Assembly: GCA_002269645.1 (NCBI GenBank)
Contig: NIVC01003791.1
Location: 12,594 to 76,593 of the forward strand
DNA from: Macrostomum lignano
Lineage: Eukaryota
Reading direction: 5' to 3'
DNA: 64,000 nucleotides
Below, one piece after another: positions 24,834 to 38,811 of the stretch. A program made the position numbers and the translations under genes. The number at the start of each line of letters is the position of its first letter. Within the stretch, counting starts at the first letter, position 1. Below the pieces are notes generated by a model, which was not told the DNA's origin, did not search any database, and saw only the letters and a list, made by a program, of their open reading frames with translations.

Positions 24834-26300
24834 TAACCTACTGATAGTTATCCAATAACATCTGACAGTTATCCATTAACCTACTGACAATACCCATTAA
24901 CCTACTGACAGTTATCCATTAACCTACTGACAATGTCCATAAACCTACTACTGACAGTTATCCATAAACCTACTGACAATGTCCATAAACCTACTACTGA
25001 CAGTTATCCATTAACCTACTGATAGTTATCCAATAACATCTGACAGTTATCCATTAACCTACTGACAATATCCATTAACCTACTGACAGTTATCCATAAA
25101 CCTACTGACAATGTCCATAAACCTACTACTGACAGTTATCCATTAACCTACTGATAGTTATCCAATAACATCTGACAGTTATCCATTAACCTACTGACAA
25201 TATCCATTAACCTACTGACAGTTATCCATAAACCTACTACTGACAGTTATCCATAAACCTACTGACAATGTCCATAAACCTACTACTGACAATGTCCATT
25301 AACCTACTGACAATATCCATTAACCTACTGACAATATCCATTAACCTACTGACAGTTATCCATTAACCTTCTGACACTATCCATTAACCTACTGACAGTT
25401 ATCCAATAACATCTGACAGTTATCCATTAACCTACTGACAATATCCATTAACCTACTGACAGTTATCCATAAACTTACTGACAATGTCCATAAACCTACT
25501 ACTGACAGTTATCCATAAACCTACTGACAATGTCCATAAACCTACTGATAGTTATCCAATAACATCTGACAGTTATCCATTAACCTACTGACAATATCCA
25601 TTAACCTACTGACAGTTATCCATAAACCTACTGACAATGTCCATAAACCTACTACTGACAGTTATCCATTAACCTACTGATAGTTATCCAATAACATCTG
25701 ACAGTTATCCATTAACCTACTGACAATATCCATTAACCTACTGACAGTTATCCATAAACCTACTACTGACAGTTATCCATAAACCTACTGACAATGTCCA
25801 TAAACCTACTACTGACAATGTCCATTAACCTACTGACAATATCCATTAACCTACTGACAATATCCATTAACCTACTGACAGTTATCCATTAACCTTCTGA
25901 CACTATCCATTAACCTACTGACAGTTATCCAATAACATCTGACAGTTATCCATTAACCTACTGACAATATCCATTAACCTACTGACAGTTATCCATAAAC
26001 TTACTGACAATGTCCATAAACCTACTACTGACAGTTATCCATTAACCTACTGACAATGTCCATAAACCTACTACTGACAGTTATCCATTAACCTACTGAT
26101 AGTTATCCAATAACATCTGACAGTTATCCATTAACCTACTGACAATATCCATTAACCTACTGACAGTTATCCATAAACCTACTGACAATGTCCATAAACC
26201 TACTACTGACAGTTATCCATTAACCTACTGACAATATCCATTAACCTACTGACAGTTATCCATTAACCTACTGACAATTTCCATTAACCTACTGACAGTT
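24834..26300. repeat. 21-22 bp minisatellite CCTACTGACAGTTATCCATTAA with a 526-bp higher-order duplication (intron 1)
   Basis: Rare variants recur at 25365/25891 and 25471/25997. Confidence 0.95.
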
Positions 26301-26875
26301 ATTAACAGTTCACACCTAAGAGAAGGTACTTCCGCAGCGCCGAATCTACCCAAAAGCCCATCCCTATCTTTGTTTTCGATAGTTCTATCGATGACCGCAT
26401 TTGTCACAATAGACACCCAAAAGAGTTGCTAATCTGGGCTTCAAAAATTGTGCTAAACTGCCCCTTGATTACAGCTGATTGACAGGGCCCACTGCACTGT
26501 CCACTACTTGAACTGTTTTTCTCTGTCTGTCTTCAAAACTGTAATTTCTCTAGCTAACTATGTTGTACAAGTATGCGAGAGCCACGCTTCTCCAATGGTT
26601 TTTCTTAAGCTTCCATTCTTATCTTTATCTAAAGGAGTTCATTCTTCACTTTCCGCGTTCGTTCACTTGCCGATTAGCCTGCCGAATAGTGAGCGAAAAT
26701 GTGCTGGACCTGCGCCTTCTTGCCTTAGCAGTCTAGAAATTCACGGCACCAATAATTTGCTTTCCTAACAGCTGATGCTAGTATTTTGCCAGAATCTTAA
26801 TAAAGTGCACGAATCGTCCTTTATTTGTGGCAAAAATATGCTGCAAGGGCAAGTCTGAGACTTGAAACTGACAAT

Positions 26876-27695
26876 CCCCAGGGTCAGAGTGAGATTTTTA
26901 ACTGGCTAGCTAAGGGTCAGAGTGAGATTTTGAACTGTCTAGCTAAGGGTCAGAGTGAGATTTTGAACTGGCTACCCCCGGGGTCAGAGTGAGATTTTGA
27001 ACTGGCTACCAAAGGGTCAGAGTGAGATTTTGAACTGGCTACCCCAGGGTCAGAGTGAGATTTTGAACTGGCTACCAAAGGGTCAGAGTGAGATTTTGAA
27101 CTGACTACCAAATGGTCAGAGTGAGATTTTGAACTGACAACCTGAGGTTCAGATGAGATTTTGAACTGGCTACCCAAGGGTCAGAGTGAGATTTTGAACT
27201 GGCTACCCAAGGGTCAGAGTGAGATTTTGAACTGGCCAGCAAAGGGTCAGAGTGAGATTTTGAACTGGCCAGCAAAGGGTCAGAGTGAGATTTTGAATTG
27301 GCCAGCAAAGGGTCAGAGTGAGATTTTGAACTGGCTACCCAAGGGTCAGAGTGAGATTTTGAACTGGCTACCAAAGGGTCAGAGTGAGATTTTGAACTGA
27401 CAACCTGAGGTTCAGATGAGATTTTGAACTGGCTACCAAAGGGTCAGAGTGAGATTTTGAACTGACTACCAAATAGTCAGATGAGATTTTGAACTGTCTA
27501 GCTAAGGGTCAGAGTGAGATTTTGAACTGGCTAGTTAAGGGTCAGAATGAGATTTTGAACTGGCTAGTTAAGGGTCAGAGTAAGATTTTGAACTGGCTAC
27601 CCCAGGGTCAGAGTGAGATTTTGAACTGTCTAGCTAAGATCAGAGTGAGATTTTGAACTGGCTACCCCAGGGTCAGAGTGAGATTTTAAACTGGC
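26876..27695. repeat. 33-bp minisatellite GGTCAGAGTGAGATTTTGAACTGGCTACCCAAG (intron 1)
   Basis: Period 33 at 27001/27034. Confidence 0.95.
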
Positions 27696-27767
27696 AGCAG
27701 GCTTGCATTTTGTTAAACGCCTTCTAAAATCCTGATCGCCGATCACCCCCGCCTGCCCTTCGCCCAG

Positions 27768-28085
27768 TGGTGCCCGAGTTCTCCAGCCAGCCGGAGCCGC
27801 TGACCTACGCCAGGCCGAATTCCACTGTTCGCCTGAGCTGCACCGTCAGGAGCGCGGCCACCGCTATACAGTGCGGCTATCGTCGGGGACCCGACGCCAA
27901 TATTCGGTTTGTATCGGTCAATACCAACATAATGACCGGGGTGCGTTGCCTTAGTAACGGCATCGAAGTCAACGCCGGTTTGGTTGCGTCACCTGCGCTG
28001 CTAGCCGACTATGAATTCTTTTGCAAAGCGGTGACCAACACCAACTTTGCTCTGATTGGCTCGCCTTTTCGGGTCAACATTGTGG
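27768..28085 (+). CDS. ihog: Ihog/CDON-like exon 2 (Ig1)
   Basis: VPEFSSQPEPL..VRLSCTV..FFCKAVT..ALIGSPFRVNIV resembles CDON/Ihog Ig1; cag| acceptor and g|gtaag donor, phase 1/1. Confidence 0.8.
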
Positions 28086-28194
28086 GTAAGTTGCCAATTT
28101 AAGGAAATGGGATAGATAAATGACATATTTTTGCAGGCCTCACAAACTTTTATCCTCTAATTCGTTCTCCCACTTCTATCTAATACTGTAGTCT

Positions 28195-29105
28195 CCTCAG
28201 CTTCCCTTATCTAATCCCCTCATTTCCTTCACCTAATCCCCTCATTTCCTTCACCTAATCCCCTCAATTTCGTTCATCTAATCCCCCCAGTTTCCTTCAT
28301 CTAATCCCCTCAATTTCGTTCATCTAATCCCCCCAGTTTCCTTCATCTAATCCCCTCAGTTTCCCTCATCTAATCCCCTCAGTTTCCTTCATCTAATCCC
28401 CTCAGTTTCTTTCATCTAATCCTTCTCAGTTTCCTCTATCTAATCCCCTCAGTTTCCCTTATCTAATCCCCTCAGTTTCCTCTATCTAATCCCCTCAGCT
28501 TCCCTTATCTAATCCCCTCTGTTTCCCTTATCTAATATCCTCAGTTTCCCTTATCTAATCCCCTCAGTTTCCCTTATCTAATCCCCTCAGTTTCCCTTAT
28601 CTAATCCCCTCATTTCCTTCACCTAATCCCCTCAATTTCGTTCATCTAATCCCCCCAGTTTCCTTCATCTAATCCCCTCAGTTTCCCTCATCTAATCCCC
28701 TCAGTTTCCTTCATCTAATCCCCTCAGTTTCTTTCATCTAATCCTTCTCAGTTTCCTCTATCTAATCCCCTCAGTTTCCCTTATCTAATCCCCTCAGTTT
28801 CCTCTATCTAATCCCCTCAGTTTCCCTTATCTAATCCCCTCAGTTTCCCTTATCTAATCCCCTCAGTTTCGCACATTTAATCCCCTCAGTTTCCCTTATC
28901 TAATCCCCTCAGCTTCCTCTATCTAATCCCCTCAGTTTCCCTTATCTAATCCCCTCAGTTTCCTCTATCTAATCCCCTCAGTTTCCTCTATCTAATCCCC
29001 TCAGTTTCCCTTATCTAATCCCCTAAGTTTCCTCTATCTAATCCCCTCAGTTTCCCTTATCTAATCCCCTCAGTTTCCCATATCTAATCCCCTCAGCCTC
29101 CCTTA
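28195..29105. repeat. 23-bp minisatellite CTAATCCCCTCAGTTTCCCTTAT (intron 2)
   Basis: Period 23; 322-bp higher-order duplication (28312/28634, 28421/28743). Confidence 0.95.
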
Positions 29106-29939
29106 TTTGGTCTTTTCTAAGTCTTTTCTAATTCCACATGCTAACTATCAGATATTTACAAGTTATTGTGCCGTTGAATTGTCCGCTGATTTTAACTATT
29201 CAATTTTGCTAGCTAGCTGCCAAGTGCGTGTGTTTATGTTTCGATTTCAGTATAAAATTTCTTGCACAGGCACAGAAAAGCAGCTGGCAAACTGTTTAGT
29301 AAATTTATTATAATATTTAGTGTTTTATTTTTATGCATCTAGATGACAAGATTAACATAGTTTCCAGCTATTTCGCGTCAATTCCAACTTGGTTTGAATT
29401 ACGAATACTAGAATAACTCAGCACATATGCGTGTAAGCTACTTTCAGTTCAGTAGTAAGTTAAACAAAACATTTTAATGTATTTTAAAGCCAAGGCTCAT
29501 TTATTAGCTCTTACCCCCAGCTTAAACCCTCCAACCGCGCCTTTCCACACTGCCCCCCGCCCCGCCCCAATTTTTATTGCCTTTCTCGGAATTCCAGCCT
29601 AAAGCTGCCATGTACATTTCAGTGGACTGGCTAATGTACATTATTGCTGAACCAATTAGCAAGTTGGTTACGCCTGCAAGCTTGGGGCTTCTAAACTTAT
29701 CAAAGTCATTTTAGCTGCCTTTATTTTTATAAAATAGCTTATGTATTCTTCCTTGCTACTGAACTGAAAGTAGAAAGCTGTTTTACTAAGTGGCCTATGT
29801 AGTTATTTTAGAATCTGTGGTTTGAATTAAACAAAAAATATCTGTTTTAGCTTGTAGCTGTAGTTATTAAACACAGACGAACTGTAAGCTACTGAAAGTA
29901 GTTTCAATCGCTAATCAATGCTTCGGGTTTTCGTTGCAG

Positions 29940-30089
29940 AAATTCGGCCATTCAACGACGCAGGGCCGAGTCCAGTGCAGAAGGAATGCCTGAAAGGCAA
30001 CAAAGTTCAGATTGAGTGTCGGCCGCCGCACTCCGTGCCACCTGCCGAGATCAGCTTCACTGTCGATGGGGTGGCACTGACCCCGCTAG
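29940..30089 (+). CDS. ihog: Ihog/CDON-like exon 3 (Ig2, N-half)
   Basis: GNKVQIECRPPHSVPPAEISF resembles the CDON/BOC C-x-x-P-E-S-x-P-K-A-x-V motif; phase 1/1. Confidence 0.8.
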
Positions 30090-30449
30090 GTGAGAAGCGG
30101 CTGGGAGTGCATAAGGGATGAGGGGGGGGGGCAAAATCAAGGCAGATGACAGCCGGCCAGTCGCTCACACGGGGTGTACAGCGGCACTGAATTTCTCGTC
30201 AGGCATGTACAGTCTGTGTGCATTGCGGTTTGGCCGAATGAACTACAAATCTTAAACATCTACAAGGCTTTATTAATCATTAGCATGTTTGCTAAATCGA
30301 TACTTGAGTTTCAAATCGTTGGCAAATAATTCTAATAAAGATGGATTATTTATAGTCGCACTAGTTAAATTAATCCGACCTTTTAAAGCAATAACTAAGT
30401 ATATGGCGACTTCAAACTTGTAACAAAATTCAGGGCAACGTGAAATTAT

Positions 30450-31220
30450 GTATTCCTACTGTAAATTGCTGTATTTCTATTGTAATATACTATTTCTACT
30501 TGTGAAATACTGTATTCCTACTGTAAATTGCTGTATTCCTACTATAAACTACCGTATTTCTACTGTAAATTGCTGTATTCCTACTGTAAATTGCTGTATT
30601 CCTACTGTAAATTGCTGTATTCCTACTGTAATCTACTGTATTCCTTTTGTAATCTACTGTATTCCTACTGTAATCTACTGTATTCCTTTTGTAATCTACT
30701 GTATTCCTACTGTAATCTACTGTATTCCTTTTGTAATCTACTGTATTCCTACTGTAATCTACTGTATTCCTTTTGTAATCTACTGTATTCCTACTGTAAT
30801 CTACTGTATTCCTTTTGTAATCTACTGTATTCCTACTGTAATCTACTGTATTTCTACTGTAATCTACTGTATTCCTTTTGTAATCTACTGTATTCCTACT
30901 GTAATCTACTGTATTTCTACTGTAATCTACTGCATTCCTACTGTAATCTACTGTATTCCTACTGTAATCTACTGTATTTCTACTGTAATCTACTGTATTT
31001 CTACTGTAATCTACTGTATTCCTTTTGTAATCTACTGTATTCCTACTGTAATCTACTGTATTTCTACTGTAATCTACTGCATTCCTACTGTAATCTACTG
31101 TATTCCTACTGTAATCTACTGCATTCCTACAGTAAACTGCTGTATTTCTATTGTAAAACACTATTTCTACTTGTGAAATACTGTATTCCTACTGTAAATT
31201 GCTGTATTCCTACTGTAATC
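30450..31220. repeat. 21-bp minisatellite TACTGTAATCTACTGTATTCC (intron 3)
   Basis: Direct tandem units. Confidence 0.95.
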
Positions 31221-31865
31221 ATGCAATCATGTAATCAATAACAAGTTAACAAGCCCTGGTACTGTACTCAAAACGCTGCACATACTTTACAAACAAATTT
31301 CATCGATAACAGCTCTCTCAAGCCGACTTCATCGAGGTGAGGATAAAGATAAACAAACTCGAATTGCCAGTTGTTGTTTATTATCTAATAGCTTCTTGTG
31401 TTTTTTTGTCAAGCAATTTTAAACTAATCCCCAAAGTCGATGTGTTCCCATGTTTTCCACTTGTCTCTGTGGTATCCCTTTTTGTTTTTGTATTAATTTG
31501 ATTACTAGCAATACGTCTCTATTCCCGTGTATATTACTGATGAGTACACACGTGCGATTGTTAGGATCATAAAATTTGTGCTTTTTCAATTTATTTCCTT
31601 GTTACTTTATATTTACGCGTGAATAATTTGTTTTGTATAAGCTCTTTACAGTAAGATTTTTATTAATGCAATCATCATTAATATTTGCATGATCAAACTG
31701 AATCTGTTGGCTGAAAGCTTTGTTGTCAATACGTTTACCCATAGCTATTTTTGTATTGAAAGCAGGTAATGCGATTTTTTAAAATCTTCCGAAAATCACT
31801 TATTTTTTACTTTTAGTAGTGTGGATAAAAACATGCCTATTTATCTGTATCGACCCGAATTCCAG

Positions 31866-32024
31866 ATCGCTACCGCGTGGTTCGCCTGTCCACTGGTTCG
31901 GCTGCCCTCATTATTGGCAAAGTTCTTCTTGACGACGGCGGCAAACGGTATGGTTGCCTAGCAACCAATCCTGTCACTAGGCAGACTGTTCAATCCCGAG
32001 TTGAGACGCTGCTCATCGTGAAGC
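31866..32024 (+). CDS. ihog: Ihog/CDON-like exon 4 (Ig2, C-half)
   Basis: YGCLATNPVT matches the family-typical YxCxAxNPVT; phase 1/1. Confidence 0.85.
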
Positions 32025-32187
32025 GTAAGTGTTGGATGGGATCTACTTGTAGTTCATATTTGTAGGAACGTTTTTTTTCTGTTTTCCTTGGTTGAAGACT
32101 CCCAATGTGTTTCTTGTGTCACGCATGCAACCTGAACTTTAAACACTTTCTCGGTTGATTCGTAAATAGTTTGGTTTTATTGGAATA

Positions 32188-33017
32188 TGGGTGCAGCCGC
32201 TACCCTCTCCTCAGGGCCTCAGTGGCAGCCGCTACCCTCTCCTCAGTGTCTCAGTGGCAGCCGCTACCCTCTCCTCAGGGCCTCAGTGGCAGCCGCTACC
32301 CTCTCCTCAGTATCTCAGTGGGCAGCCGCTACCCTCTCCTCAGTGTCTCAGTGGCAGCCGCTACCCTCTCCTCAGGGCCTCAGTGGCAGCCGCTACCCTC
32401 TCCTCAGTGTCTCAGTGGCAGCCGCTACCCTCTCCTCAGGGCCTCAGTGGCAGCCGCTACCCTCTCCTCAGTGTCTCAGTGGCAGCCGCTACCCTCTCCT
32501 CAGTGTCTCAGTGGCAGCCGCTACCCTCTCCTCAGTGCCTCAGTGACAGCCGCTACCCTCTCCTCAGTGTCTCAGTGGCAGCCGCTATCCTCTCCTCAGG
32601 GCCTCAGTGGCAGCCGCTACCCTCTCCTCCGTGTCTCAGTGGCAGCCGCTACCCTCTCCTCAGTGTCTCAGTGGCAGCCGCTACCCTCTCCTCAGTGTCT
32701 CAGTGGCAGCCGCTACCCTCTCCTCAGTGCCTCAGTGGCAGCCGCTACCCTCTCCTCAGTGTCTCAGTGGCAGCCGCTACCCTCTCCTTAGTGCCTCAGT
32801 GGCAGCCGCTACCCTCTCCTCAGTGCCTCAGTGGCAGCCGCTACCCTCTCCTCAGGGCCTCAGTGGCAGCCGCTACCCTCTCCTCAGTGTCTCAGTGGCA
32901 GCCGCTACCCTCTCCTCAGGGCCTCAGTGGCAGCCGCTACCCTCTCCTCAGTGTCTCAGTGGCAGCCGCTACCCTCTCCTCAGTGTCTCAGTGGGCAGCC
33001 GCTACCCTCTCCTCAGT
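32188..33017. repeat. 32-bp minisatellite CAGTGTCTCAGTGGCAGCCGCTACCCTCTCCT (intron 4)
   Basis: Direct tandem units. Confidence 0.95.
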
Positions 33018-33692
33018 TTTTTTAATGAATGCTGTATGCCCTGAATGCAATCAGTAAGTCGCGCAATGGCATAAACTCACACTTATTAGAGGTTGAAGTG
33101 TTTTAACATTGCTATCTATTGTCTATAATTATTAATTAGTTTGTATAGAATTAACAAACTAATTTAGCGTATTTCAAAAGCCAGTTTTTCATAGAATCCT
33201 ATCTAAGAGCGCAACTAACACGGCACTTTTTGTAGAGCATTCAACCGCCACAGGTAATTCCGAATTGAAATAATTATGTCTCTATTGTCTGCACAAAACA
33301 ATTAAATCAAAACACTGATTTAAGTTCTGATATATGAAAATTATTATTCATGTTCGTGATTGTCTACTTACAGTAGAGAGGCAGATTTGTTATTTGTTGC
33401 TTACTAAAATTATTAAGATCACTTTGGCAGCGCCACATCAAAGCTCGGCATTGCCAATACAGACAGAATCTCGATTATCAAATTCTCAATGATTCAGAAT
33501 ATGCAGCTTTTTGTATTGGCTTGTGTAATACTATAGGTTGTCATATTGTACGCAATGTCCATGTTTATTTGCTTTTTATGCAAATGTCTATAACATTGTC
33601 AGCACATGACTGTGCTCGCACTGCTATGTTGTCCGTGATGCTAATTCTTTGTTGTGCTTCTGTTACGTATCCGTGTATTATGCACTTTTGTG

Positions 33693-34153
33693 ACCGGCCT
33701 CCCCACTCCCCCATCCCTCAGTGACCAGCCCCACCACTCCCCCATCCCTCAGTGACCAGCCCCTACCCCCCCATCCCTCAGTGGCCAGCCTCACCACTCC
33801 CCCATGCCTCAGTGGCCAGCCTCACCACTCCCCCATGCCTCAGTGACCAGCCTCACCACTCCCCCATCCCTCAGTGACCAGCCTCACCACTCCCCCATCC
33901 CTCAGTGACCAGCCTCACCACTCCCCCATCCCTCAGTGACCAGCCTCACCACTCCCCCATCCCTCAGTGACCAGCCTCACCACTCCCCCATCCCTCAGTG
34001 GCCAGCCTCACCACTCCCCCATGCCTCAGTGACCAGCCTCACCACTCCCCCATCCCTCAGTGACCAGCCTCACCACTCCCCCATCCCTCAGTGACCAGCC
34101 TCACCACTCCCCCATCCCTCAGTGACCAGCCTCACCACTCCCCCATCCCTCAG
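33693..34153. repeat. 31-bp minisatellite CCCTCAGTGACCAGCCTCACCACTCCCCCAT (intron 4)
   Basis: Period 31 at 33901/33932. Confidence 0.95.
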
Positions 34154-34465
34154 CGAAAGCAAGTTTCAAATTTGTGATCTGATTTGTGCAATCAATCAGT
34201 TTTATTTCTGGATGATCTGCTTATTCATTTTACCGTAAAAGGATCTTAAACTTTGGTCGGCTTCCACTGTGAGGCAATTTTCGTACATCTTCAACTCAGC
34301 CTTCGGTAGCTTTTTAGATTTTCTTTCTGATAAAATCTAAGGCAAGTTTTTGAGAAACTGTGGAATCTAACAGAACTGTGTCAACTTTGTTTTAATATTC
34401 TGTGTAGCCTGTTGATCTGGGTTCCCGATATTAGACTCACAAATTGACTACCGGCATAGCTACAC

Positions 34466-35156
34466 TCAGATAGTGGCAGTCAGATAGTGACAGTCAGATA
34501 GTGGCAGTCAGATAGTGACAGTCAGATAGTGGCAATTAGATAGCGGCAGTCAGATAGGGGCAATTAGATAGTGGCAATTAGATAGCGGCAATTAGATAAG
34601 TGGCAATTAGATAGTGGCAATTAGATAGTGACAGTCTCAGATAGTGACAGTCAGATAGGGGCAGTCGGATAGTGACAGTCAGATAGTTGCAGTTAGATAG
34701 GGACATTCAGATAGTGGCAGTCAAAAAAGTGGCAATTAGATAGGCAGTCAGATAGTGACACTCAGTTAGTGGCAGTCAGATAGTGGCAGTCAGATGGTGG
34801 CAGTCAGATAGTGGCAGTCAGATAGTGACAGTCAGATAGTGACAGTCAGATAGTTGCAGTTAGATAGTGGCAGTCAGATAGTGGCAGTCAGATAGTGGCA
34901 GTCAGTTAGTGGCAGTCAGATAGTGGCAGTCAGATAGGGGCAGTCGGATAGTGACAGTCAGATAGTGACAGTCAGATAGGGGCAGTCGCATAGTGACAGT
35001 CAGATAGTGGCAGTTAGATAGTGGCAGTCAGATAGTGGCAGTCAGATAGTGGCAGTCAGATAGTGGCAGTCAGATAGTGGCAGTCAGATAGTGGCAGTCA
35101 GATAGGGGCAGTCAGATAGTGGCAGTCAGATAGTGGCAGTCAGATAACGGCAGTCG
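34466..35156. repeat. 14-bp minisatellite GTCAGATAGTGGCA (intron 4)
   Basis: Direct tandem units. Confidence 0.95.
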
Positions 35157-35293
35157 AATGTCAGGCTCCCTTTTAATCAAATAAAGCAGAAGCACTAATA
35201 TAAATTATTGCAGTCAATTTTCAGAGGCCAAAACTCTTACAGCATCTCAAAGCAGTGCTAATATCAACGCTAAAATCCCCCTTGATCTCGCAG

Positions 35294-35617
35294 ACGCCGT
35301 AGCCCCCAGATCCCCCATCACTGTGGCCGCACCGGCGCCCCGCGAGATCACCCTGACAGAGGGCGACAACGCCACCTATTCCTGCATCACCGAGTCCTCG
35401 CCCATAGCCGAGGTGTCCTACCTGCGCGATTCCGGCAGGCGCCAGCTGCCCGCCAGCGCCACCGAGCTGCGAGAGTTCGGCCTGCTGCAGTTTACTGGCA
35501 TCGGCCTGGCCGACCAAGGCGCCTACGCTTGTAGGGTGTCCTACCGGCCGGACCTCACCTCGTCTGGGCACATGCGCGACGAGAAAAAGTTGGAAGTCTT
35601 CAACATTGCTGTCAAGC
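35294..35617 (+). CDS. ihog: Ihog/CDON-like exon 5 (Ig3)
   Basis: EGDNATYSC..DQGAYAC I-set Ig signature; cgcag| and c|gtgagt, phase 1/1. Confidence 0.85.
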
Positions 35618-35671
35618 GTGAGTTTGCCATGTTTTTTAGGGTATTTGAATATTCTTGGACTATGTATTCTA

Positions 35672-36520
35672 GATTCCCCATTACCCTTTCTGATTCCCCA
35701 TTACCCTTTCTGATTCCCCATTACCCTTTCTGATTCCCCATTACCCTTTCTGATTCACCTCATTACCCTTTCTGATTCCCCTCATTCCCCTTTCTGATTA
35801 CCCATTCCCCTTTCTGATTCCACATTCCCCTTTCTGATTCCCCATTCCCCTTTCTGATTCCCCATTCCCCTTTCTGATTCCCCATTCCCCTTTCTGATTC
35901 CCCATTCCCCTTTCTGATTCCCCTTATTACCCTTTCTGATTCCCCATTCCCCTTTCTGATTCCCCTTATTACCCTTTCTGATTCCCCTCATTCCCCTTTC
36001 TGATTCCCCATTCCCCTTTCTGATTCCCCATTCTCCTTTTTGATTCTCCATTCCCCTTTCTGATTCCACATTCCCCTTTTTGATTCCCCATTCCCCTTTC
36101 TGATTCCCCTCATTACCCTTTTTGATTCCCCTCATTCCCCTTTCTGATTCCCCATTCCCCTTTCTGATTCCCCTCATTACCCTTTTTGATTCCCCTTCCC
36201 CTTTCTGATTCCCCATTCCCCTTTCTGATTTCTCATTCTCCTTTTTGATTCCCCATTCCCCTTTCTGATTCCCCATTCTCCTTTTTGATTCTCCTTTCCC
36301 CTTTCTGATTCCCCTCATTACCCTTTTTGATTCCCCTTATTACCCTTCCTGATTCCCCTCATTCTCCTTTTTGATTCTCCATTCCCCTTTCTGATTCCCC
36401 TCATTCTCCTTTCTGATTCCACGTTCCCCTTTTTGATTCCCCATTCCCCTTTCTGATTCCCCAATTCCTTTTTGATTCTCCTCTCATTCCCCTTTCTGAT
36501 TCCCCACTCCCTGTTCTGAT
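35672..36520. repeat. 20-bp pyrimidine-rich minisatellite CTTTCTGATTCCCCATTCCC (intron 5)
   Basis: Direct tandem units. Confidence 0.95.
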
Positions 36521-36570
36521 TTAGGCCATACCCTTAGCAAAGCAGCTTATTCCCCCCCCCCAATCCTCAG

Positions 36571-36735
36571 CAAAATTGTCCATCGCCGTCAAGCCGAGCG
36601 ACGTCGTTCTCCGCAACACCGACGCCATCGGCAGCTTCATCTGCCGCGTTGTTGGCAGCAACCGACGTAAGCCGCTCTGGTTCAACAATGGCCGACTCAT
36701 CGACCCGTCGACATCGTCCGACTTCTCTATCCAGG
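36571..36735 (+). CDS. ihog: Ihog/CDON-like exon 6 (Ig4, N-half)
   Basis: FICRVVGS..PLWFNNGRLI; cctcag| and g|gtgagc, phase 1/1. Confidence 0.8.
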
Positions 36736-36965
36736 GTGAGCTGCCGCCTCCGCTAAAGCTTTCAGATCTAAAGTTTTATTAACTAGCTGTCATAATACAC
36801 AATGCCTTCACCCCATGATTTCCTTTGCAGCCCCAGCATCCGATATTGGCAGTAAGTTAGCTGACATTTATCTAGCATAAAGTTGTTTCACCTACTCTTG
36901 TGGTTTCCTAAAGCTGTGCCCCAAGTTAATTATAGCTAAGCAAACTAACCGATTGCCAATTGCAG

Positions 36966-37094
36966 CCTCAAGTTTGATTGTTCGCCGTTTCGACCCCGGC
37001 ATACGCGGTGTTGTACAATGCGTGGCCTCGGGCGACAACAACCAATGGGAGTCCGCCAGCGCGCTGCTGCTGCTCGACTCCGACACCGTCGCGT
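36966..37094 (+). CDS. ihog: Ihog/CDON-like exon 7 (Ig4, C-half)
   Basis: [21 protein letters not shown] (cf. GxxQCxAxN..xAxAxL); tgcag| and t|gtgagt, phase 1/1. Confidence 0.8.
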
Positions 37095-37112
37095 GTGAGT
37101 TTCTATTGGCTA

Positions 37113-38513
<1,401 letters not shown>

Positions 38514-38539
38514 CACGCTGCTCCGTCTCCTCTTCGCAG

Positions 38540-38758
38540 ATCCACCGTCTCCAACGCCTCCACCGCCGTCACCGCCGCCGCCACGCCCCCCTGTGGAACT
38601 GGCCTCCTCCGGCGGCCCAGCCGGGCCGGGGCGGCCGCCAGTCAGCGGGGCTCTGGTTGACGGGCCAACAGCTGGCAGGCCTGGCGCAGCCGCAGCCTCC
38701 ACCGACGCTACAGGCTCCGGCGGAGTTCCAGACGCGGAGCCTCGAATTAACAGGCTGG
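38540..38758 (+). CDS. ihog: Ihog/CDON-like exon 8 (Pro/Gly-rich linker)
   Basis: ttcgcag| acceptor, open frame [17 protein letters not shown].., g|gtaata donor, phase 1/1. Confidence 0.7.
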
Positions 38759-38811
38759 GTAATAAAATTTTAAATTATCTCAATTTTATTATCTGAGGAC
38801 GGTAGTGAGAT

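Noticed and set aside
24834-27695. Regular repeat arrays as possible CRISPR
   Set aside because: Units are contiguous with no unique spacers, there are no cas genes, and the context is a eukaryotic intron.
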